A stretch of DNA of 53,315 nucleotides from positions 1 to 53,315 of IMG/VR virus record IMGVR_UViG_3300023278_000762, one strand, 5' to 3'. Shown piece by piece: positions 48,335-53,315 of this stretch. Position 1 is the stretch's first letter. Every line of letters begins with the position of its first letter. The position numbers and the translations under genes were made by a program. The DNA is from a virus (taxonomy: Duplodnaviria > Caudoviricetes). The notes beneath the pieces were generated by a model. It worked only from the letters and a program-made list of their open reading frames with translations, had not been told where the DNA came from and searched no databases.

Positions 48335-48811
48335 TTAACTGAGAGTAAGTGGTCTACTAATTTTTTGCTCATTTTTGTTTGCTACTTTACATTTTTCTTG
48401 TTCATAATAATTCCAATACGCCTTAACGGAGTCTCCCTCTACTTTATACTCATCTGGCATACATTGAGGAGGTTCTTCGAAAGTACCTGCTTGAAGCGAA
48501 CTTGGGGGTGAGGATAAAATTTCTTTGCATTTTGTGATTGTTAAGTGTGTTTTGTTATATCTTTTTGTGTATTCATTACCTAAAGCTAACATATGATTGT
48601 ATAACCACATATAGTTGCTTATGTTTCTCCGCACCCACACAGAACTTGGATGATTTAAATGTGATTGCTTGTATGGTACATCGTCATTGCCTAGTGCATG
48701 ATGCGCTGTACATAGCATTTGAGCACATTCTAAGATCATTTTAACTTTGTGCTTGTCGTAAAAGTAACTTGCTGCTACTTTTGGATCTTTGTCTAAATAA
48801 AATATATTCAT
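48335..48811 (-). CDS. Pyrimidine-dimer DNA glycosylase/endonuclease V-like protein
   Basis: MNIFYLD...DKHKVKMILECAQML...HLNHPSSVW...EYTKRY...PPQCMPDEYK. Confidence 0.75.
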   Translation of the reverse strand: MNIFYLDKDPKVAASYFYDKHKVKMILECAQMLCTAHHALGNDDVPYKQSHLNHPSSVWVRRNISNYMWLYNHMLALGNEYTKRYNKTHLTITKCKEILSSPPSSLQAGTFEEPPQCMPDEYKVEGDSVKAYWNYYEQEKCKVANKNEQKISRPLTLS

Positions 48812-48915
48812 TAGTAGTTTCTATGATTTCGGTTAAAGTGTTCATCTAGCAACACATTTGCTATTTCTTTTGATATTAGGTTGTCATTGTACAACTGCCA
48901 TATTAATTTACTCAT
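48811..48915 (-). CDS. Hypothetical protein, 34 aa
   Basis: MSKLIWQLYNDNLISKEIA...; coupled to both neighbours. Confidence 0.55.
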   Translation of the reverse strand: MSKLIWQLYNDNLISKEIANVLLDEHFNRNHRNY

Positions 48916-49106
48916 AATCCTGATTTTTTTAAGAAATAGTTATAAACATCTGGTATATGTTTCTTGTAATAAGGTTGCTCTTGTGCAACCCAGCGTTTAA
49001 GACTTTGTTTATCCATAAGCGGTGCACACATATCAAATATAGGCTCTATATCATCAATAAAGTCACCGACTGTCCAACCTTCCCATATATGTTTATCTCT
49101 ATTCAT
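48912..49106 (-). CDS. Hypothetical protein
   Basis: 64 aa, overlaps the ligase stop. Confidence 0.7.
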   Translation of the reverse strand: MNRDKHIWEGWTVGDFIDDIEPIFDMCAPLMDKQSLKRWVAQEQPYYKKHIPDVYNYFLKKSGL

Positions 49107-49938
49107 AGTTTCTTAATGTTTTATAAAGTGGATGTCTATAGCTATTTGCTTTAGTACGTTCAAAATAAGTAAACGTTGCACGCTTACCGATAAACTGGTC
49201 AATGTTAGTTAGCATATCAGCTAACATTTTATAGTTGTAACCTTTGCCGGGAGGACAACCGAATTCAATACCGTCGTCGTCACGCATTATAAACTTGCCG
49301 ATAGTACCGGTACGTTTACCCTTACCGGGTACGTAGCCGATAATAGTAGCTTCAGTATCGTGGAAGTCTTTAAACTTTTGCAAGTTATAAGATCGCTTTT
49401 GTTGATACGGAGCATTTAGGCGCAGTATAGAGCCTTCGTAGCCGCGTGCTAGATTAACATTATGTAACATTAATGCTTCATCGTGAGAGGCAACGAGAGC
49501 GTTGTCAGACAATTTGACATATTCGGAGAATGAAGGACCGTAATCCCAGAATTCTTCGCGAATAAAAGCGTAACGCACGTCGTAATTTGCATCGGATATG
49601 AAATCGTAGCAGTGAAATTGAACAATCTGCTCAGCTTCAGCGCGATCAGCGTCAGTTGGCTTGGTTTTACGAACTAATGATATGATTTTTTCGAAATTAT
49701 CGCGTAAGTCGTGGTTGTATAATTCACCGTCAAGTATTTTATTAGGATGACGTTGAAAGAACCGCTTAAGCGACTGCTCGATGTGATCAACATTTAGCCA
49801 TTGTTTACCGGTACGCGTATAGCATCCGTCTTTAGTGATTACGCAACGCACGCCGTCAAGTTTTGGTTGTAAGAAAACAGGGTCAGTGTAATCAATTTGT
49901 TTTTTGCCTACTTTATAGGCGAGCATTGGTTTAATCAT
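49099..49938 (-). CDS. ATP-dependent DNA ligase (minimal)
   Basis: QPKLDGVR (KxDG), LDGELY, YEGSILR, LQKFK and C-terminal OB fold. Confidence 0.93.
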   Translation of the reverse strand: MIKPMLAYKVGKKQIDYTDPVFLQPKLDGVRCVITKDGCYTRTGKQWLNVDHIEQSLKRFFQRHPNKILDGELYNHDLRDNFEKIISLVRKTKPTDADRAEAEQIVQFHCYDFISDANYDVRYAFIREEFWDYGPSFSEYVKLSDNALVASHDEALMLHNVNLARGYEGSILRLNAPYQQKRSYNLQKFKDFHDTEATIIGYVPGKGKRTGTIGKFIMRDDDGIEFGCPPGKGYNYKMLADMLTNIDQFIGKRATFTYFERTKANSYRHPLYKTLRNYE

Positions 49939-49963
49939 ATTTATTTATTTTATATTCAATTAT

Positions 49964-49985
49964 ATTATCGATTTGTAATCGTATT
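49964..49985 (-). promoter_or_regulatory. Phage promoter-like motif AAYACGA-N7-TCGATAAT, copy 1
   Basis: Intergenic, upstream of the ligase; four copies with identical spacing. Confidence 0.75.
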
Positions 49986-49996
49986 GTTTTTGTATG

Positions 49997-50275
49997 TTAT
50001 AAGTTATATTTTTTTTCAAGATCATTAATTTCGTCAGAAATTCTTTTTGCTTTCAAGAAATCTTGGTCATCAATGGATTTTGCTAACAAAGTTTTAAGTT
50101 CGCTAATTTTATTTTGTATAGCGTTTTTGCTATTGCTTAACTCAACTTTAATTTCTGTGCCTTCTTTTACAAGAACTTTTACGTCCTCGAGAAATTGTTT
50201 GTCATATTCTTCTTGCTTCGCCATCATCTTCAAGACAATGGCGTTAGCTAGCTTATCTATTTGATCGTCAGTCAT
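49997..50275 (-). CDS. UVR (UvrB/UvrC motif) domain protein
   Basis: ISELKTLLAKSIDDQDFLKAKRISDEINDL matches the UVR helical-hairpin pattern. Confidence 0.65.
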   Translation of the reverse strand: MTDDQIDKLANAIVLKMMAKQEEYDKQFLEDVKVLVKEGTEIKVELSNSKNAIQNKISELKTLLAKSIDDQDFLKAKRISDEINDLEKKYNL

Positions 50276-50278
50276 ATA

Positions 50279-50509
50279 TTATACTCTTGAATAAGAGTAA
50301 GATCTAAGAATGTAACGGTTAATAAATTTACCTTTAGAAGGTGATGATCTTAAGCCTTCAAATACGTGATTTGGTACGCTTTTGTACTCGTATCTGTCGC
50401 CGTTTACGAATTCTAATTCTAAGCTGTAGTTGTCATAAGCGTAATTAGCTGTTGAAATTGCTGTTGAATTTACTTCAACTGTTTGCATTGGTAAAATTTG
50501 TTTGTTCAT
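50279..50509 (-). CDS. KTSC domain protein
   Basis: STAISTANY...LELEFVNGDRYEYKSVP...SPSKGKFIN..I. Confidence 0.88.
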   Translation of the reverse strand: MNKQILPMQTVEVNSTAISTANYAYDNYSLELEFVNGDRYEYKSVPNHVFEGLRSSPSKGKFINRYILRSYSYSRV

Positions 50510-50534
50510 AATTTAATTGTTTTTAGTTATTATT

Positions 50535-50556
50535 ATTATCGATTTGTATTCGTGTT
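50535..50556 (-). promoter_or_regulatory. Phage promoter-like motif, copy 2
   Basis: AACACGA-atacaaa-TCGATAAT upstream of the KTSC gene. Confidence 0.75.
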
Positions 50557-50821
50557 AATCTAGCAAGGCATAATACGCTGCAGGGTTTTTAGTGCGGAAC
50601 CAAGTTAATCCGCGATGAAAGTCGTCAATCATTTTTTTACTGACAGTTTTAGGCATCATTTCGAACACCATTTGAGTACCCATGATAAAATCGTACATAG
50701 CTAGCTCAACGTTGTTTAATTCATATTCTTCGCCACTAAATTTGTTAGTAACTACATCACCGGTTTCGTAAATTACGCCCTTAAACCATTTTGGCATTGT
50801 TTGTGTTTTAGTTTTTGTCAT
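50555..50821 (-). CDS. Hypothetical protein
   Basis: 88-aa early-region ORF. Confidence 0.7.
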   Translation of the reverse strand: MTKTKTQTMPKWFKGVIYETGDVVTNKFSGEEYELNNVELAMYDFIMGTQMVFEMMPKTVSKKMIDDFHRGLTWFRTKNPAAYYALLD

Positions 50822-51125
50822 TATTATTGTTTATTAAGTTTTTTAAATATTCCCATACTTTTAGATCTTTACGTTCTATATCTGCCATTATTATTAATGT
50901 ATCAATATCGGTAAATGTTGTGTTGTTTTTTTCAATATCTGTTTCAGCAGCGGCAATTCTTATAGCTTGGTTAATTATTTTTGATTCAATTAAGTCAATT
51001 GCACGATCACGTATAGCATCCTCAACCGATACTGTATACTTTGTTTCAATCTTAGAAAGCATATGTTGCATCCAAACATTATCGCTAGTGTCAGCTAAGT
51101 CTTGTAGTAATTTTAATTCTTTCAT
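50808..51125 (-). CDS. Hypothetical protein
   Basis: 105-aa helical ORF. Confidence 0.7.
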   Translation of the reverse strand: MKELKLLQDLADTSDNVWMQHMLSKIETKYTVSVEDAIRDRAIDLIESKIINQAIRIAAAETDIEKNNTTFTDIDTLIIMADIERKDLKVWEYLKNLINNNNDKN

Positions 51126-51135
51126 ATTTTATTTT

Positions 51136-51594
51136 TTAATCTTGTTGCTCATAACCTTCGCCTATCAACTCGTCAATAACTTCTTCTTCGAATCTTTCAG
51201 CCAAATATACGAATAATTGCTCGATAGCGTCGTCAATAAATTGTTGGTAAAGATCGTCTACATATATAATTTCAGGATTATCTTCGTCGCCGTTAGAATA
51301 TTTGATATATTCTGCAAGGGCACCACTTAAATCACTATCATAATAGTATACGTTTTCGTTTACATTAACAGAACTTTGGTCATGCGTAGCTACATACACT
51401 GAATAGCCATCTGCTGTTGATTCTTCGTATACATAAAAATCTGCAGAACTAGAGTAGTCATCTATAAATTCTACGCCAAAGTGTTTTAATACTGCTTTTT
51501 TAGCTAGATCTTCGTCTTCGCTTTGCTTTTCACCAAAGCCTTTAGCTTCTAGTCTTTCGTTAATTAGTTCGTCTGTAATTAGTTTTTTACTCAT
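51136..51594 (-). CDS. Highly acidic hypothetical protein
   Basis: 152 aa rich in D, E and Y. Confidence 0.75.
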   Translation of the reverse strand: MSKKLITDELINERLEAKGFGEKQSEDEDLAKKAVLKHFGVEFIDDYSSSADFYVYEESTADGYSVYVATHDQSSVNVNENVYYYDSDLSGALAEYIKYSNGDEDNPEIIYVDDLYQQFIDDAIEQLFVYLAERFEEEVIDELIGEGYEQQD

Positions 51595-51605
51595 AATATA
51601 TAGTT

Positions 51606-51842
51606 TTAGTTGTTTTTTTCTATTAATTCAATGTTAGGATAAAAAGCGTCTCCAAAGAAGTCTAGATTACATGCTGACATTACGTCGAAAGCAGTACCGT
51701 AGGGAACAGCAGTAAAGAAAACTAGTTCGCTTAGTAATTTAATTAGTACGGCGTGAGAGTGAGGATAGTTACTAAACTTAGCGGCTATTGACTGTTTGTG
51801 TTCTGGTTTAAGTCGCTCCCAAAGTGTTAATCTTATTTTCAT
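51606..51842 (-). CDS. Hypothetical protein
   Basis: 78 aa, downstream of promoter motif copy 3. Confidence 0.7.
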   Translation of the reverse strand: MKIRLTLWERLKPEHKQSIAAKFSNYPHSHAVLIKLLSELVFFTAVPYGTAFDVMSACNLDFFGDAFYPNIELIEKNN

Positions 51843-51869
51843 AGTATTATATTTATTTGTTACATTTAT

Positions 51870-51891
51870 ATTATCGATTCTTGTTCGTATT
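51870..51891 (-). promoter_or_regulatory. Phage promoter-like motif, copy 3
   Basis: AATACGA-acaagaa-TCGATAAT. Confidence 0.75.
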
Positions 51892-52315
51892 AGATTTGTA
51901 AATGATTTAATACCGCTTTCCAGTCAGGAAATTTATCTGTACCAAACTGTATTAACTCACCGTCAAACTCACCTGCTCCGTTAGCCGTTCTATCGTCGAT
52001 CAATATGTCGCCACGTAGTAGGTTTTTATGGTTAGACAATATCAACCGCTTGTGCGCAAGAGGACCTAAGTATTTACTCACCCATTGTCGTTTATGAGTC
52101 CACGAGGCAGGCATATTCCACGGTGCAGTAGATAAGATATAGACGTCAAATTCATCTGTCATACATAATTCTGCAAATGCTTCAACCGCTCCGTCGATTG
52201 GTTTGGGATTCTTGAATATGTTAGGATGCCATTTACCGTTATTTTTATCAATTTCGGATTGGAGATCGACTAATACGCCGTCCATATCTACATATACTGT
52301 TTTATTCTTGTTCAT
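51890..52315 (-). CDS. 5'(3')-deoxyribonucleotidase (HAD, NT5C family)
   Basis: VYVDMDGVL, ILSTAPW, K..W, GDILIDDR. Confidence 0.88.
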   Translation of the reverse strand: MNKNKTVYVDMDGVLVDLQSEIDKNNGKWHPNIFKNPKPIDGAVEAFAELCMTDEFDVYILSTAPWNMPASWTHKRQWVSKYLGPLAHKRLILSNHKNLLRGDILIDDRTANGAGEFDGELIQFGTDKFPDWKAVLNHLQI

Positions 52316-52505
52316 AATATCTTCTTTTTATTGACATATACATTTTTTCAACCGCTAAAAACATTACATCTTCACGTATAGCATTGTACTCATCACCGTC
52401 TTGATTAAAGTCTTCTAATTGCCAATCAACACTATCATACATTAGTTCTTTTGTAACGTCAGCTATGCCTTGAGCGATGTCATTAAGTTCTTCTAATTTA
52501 TTCAT
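52302..52505 (-). CDS. Acidic hypothetical protein
   Basis: 67-aa ORF. Confidence 0.7.
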   Translation of the reverse strand: MNKLEELNDIAQGIADVTKELMYDSVDWQLEDFNQDGDEYNAIREDVMFLAVEKMYMSIKRRYYEQE

Positions 52506-52507
52506 AG

Positions 52508-52687
52508 TTATTTTCTTATATAGGTTAGTCCTTTGTAGTTAAACCATTGACTTATTCCGTCAGTATCGTTTTCTTCATCCCACTTGAAAGCGAATGATGG
52601 AGGTAAGTTACCTACAGTATAAGGCTTGTATAGTACTTTGCCTAGTTTGATATTGTTTGTTGTTCTTTGTACTTTAATTGATTCCAT
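52508..52687 (-). CDS. Hypothetical protein, 59 aa
   Basis: Start reassigned to ATG 52687 (MESIKV) because the longer frame runs through the RNA gene. Confidence 0.7.
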   Translation of the reverse strand: MESIKVQRTTNNIKLGKVLYKPYTVGNLPPSFAFKWDEENDTDGISQWFNYKGLTYIRK

Positions 52688-52707
52688 ATTGTTTATTTTT
52701 AAATTAG

Positions 52708-52785
52708 TGGAGGTGGAGAGAATCGAACTCTCTTCCGCAATAGTTCCATATAGGCTTTCTATCACGTCAAAACCAGGTCACCCCC
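52708..52785 (-). ncRNA. ssrA-like: Mini-tmRNA: tRNA-like domain only, no mRNA-like domain
   Basis: GGGGGUG-ACCUGGUUUUGAC-GUGAUAG-[15 nt]-CUAUUGC-GGAA-GAGAG-UUCGAUU-CUCUC-CACCUCC-A: 7-bp acceptor stem with G3.U70, A discriminator, stemless D-loop, helix 2a, T-arm. Confidence 0.85.
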
Positions 52786-52789
52786 GTGT

Positions 52790-53065
52790 GCTACAAGCTA
52801 GGGTAATAACTATTGAGTGTTTTTAGTGGAGGGCTAAGAACCTCATACACTTGCATTATCACTCGCATTACTACTCGATACTAACTTGTAGCTACTAGCA
52901 ATTCACTTATGTGATTTAGGTACCGCTCCTCGCGGTATCTTTACAGCATTCGCCCACCTAAACCCTAATTAAGCTACTCGTCTAGTTTATTATAGGAAGC
53001 GTGATCGGCGTCTAATACATTTTCGTCGTTAGATATACCGGCCGGTCCGCTAATGTTTGCTTCCT
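52790..53065 (-). ncRNA. Structured non-coding RNA region (three stem-loop domains)
   Basis: Stems 52790-52801/52881-52892, 52913-52921/52956-52964, 52921-52937 and 52994-53000/53059-53065; mismatches read as G.U on the - strand. Confidence 0.6.
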
Positions 53066-53077
53066 TATTACATATAT

Positions 53078-53099
53078 ATTATCGATCGGTGATCGTATT
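53078..53099 (-). promoter_or_regulatory. Phage promoter-like motif, copy 4, upstream of the ncRNA cluster
   Basis: AATACGA-tcaccga-TCGATAAT, 12 nt before the first stem. Confidence 0.75.
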
Positions 53100-53110
53100 A
53101 TGTTTGTGTA

Positions 53111-53218
53111 TTATTTGTACCATCCGTATGTAGGCAATTTCTTGCATCTTTTTCTTTTCACACTTCCACAACTAGCAAGCATGGATCCTAGTATTATTAG
53201 TAATATTATTTTCTTCAT
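53111..53218 (-). CDS. 35-aa lipoprotein
   Basis: MKKIILLIILGSMLASC-GSVKRKRCKKLPTYGWYK; lipobox LASC. Confidence 0.7.
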   Translation of the reverse strand: MKKIILLIILGSMLASCGSVKRKRCKKLPTYGWYK

Positions 53219-53315
53219 AATATTGTTTTTAAATGGTTTTTAATTAGTTGTACATCTTCATCTGGTATGTCGCCATACTCGTCTTCTTCTCTTTGCATAA
53301 TACAATCATAGATCG
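53215..53315 (-). CDS. 3' end of a hypothetical protein (truncated by the window)
   Basis: ...IYDCIMQREEDEYGDIPDEDVQLIKNHLKTIL*; ATGA overlap with the lipoprotein gene. Confidence 0.55.
   Translation of the reverse strand, partial: IYDCIMQREEDEYGDIPDEDVQLIKNHLKTIL

Noticed and set aside
52705-52736. attP remnant for integration at host ssrA
   Set aside because: Both 5' and 3' halves are present and pair, and no integrase is in the window; not fully excluded
52705-52785. Canonical tRNA gene
   Set aside because: No D-stem and no 5-bp stem with 7-nt anticodon loop; the ends match the tmRNA pattern instead
52688-52826. N-terminal extension of ORF 52508-52765 and the + strand ORF 52626-52826
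   Set aside because: They run through the structured RNA; ATG 52687 has a typical AT-rich leader
1-53315. Stop-codon reassignment or introns/inteins in nrdA, thyA or terL
   Set aside because: Genes are full length and tightly packed under the standard code with no insertions

Overview
AT-rich segment of a tailed dsDNA phage, most consistent with an uncultured aquatic Bacteroidota (Flavobacteriia-type) podovirus. The host and morphotype are inferred from AT-rich leaders without Shine-Dalgarno sequences, Bacteroidota-like tmRNA termini and a crAss/Cellulophaga-phage-like virion module. The + strand arm (1-37301) carries a repeat-built tail fibre with an S74 chaperone, GroEL/GroES, small basic proteins, terminase, portal, scaffold, major capsid, head-tail and tail proteins, ejection proteins including a 2841-aa protein, and a lysis cassette. 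The - strand arm (37355-53315) carries NrdA/NrdB, an endonuclease, MazG-like proteins, ThyA, primase-helicase, SSB, a RecE-like nuclease, ERF, a sigma factor, an HTH protein, a glycosylase, a ligase and small early genes. The arms meet at a perfect hairpin terminator. The most notable signal is a 78-nt 'mini-tmRNA' (52708-52785, -) that is only the tRNA-like domain: G3.U70 acceptor stem, unpaired D-loop, T-arm and no mRNA-like domain. It lies behind about 280 nt of further structured non-coding RNA and a repeated phage promoter-like motif. Also notable are a 42-bp dyad site present twice 32 kb apart, one copy covering the HTH gene start codon, and K[SF]S[AV]K linkers that divide the zincin- and kinase-bearing giant virion protein into modules. 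All calls are by eye; no database searches were run.
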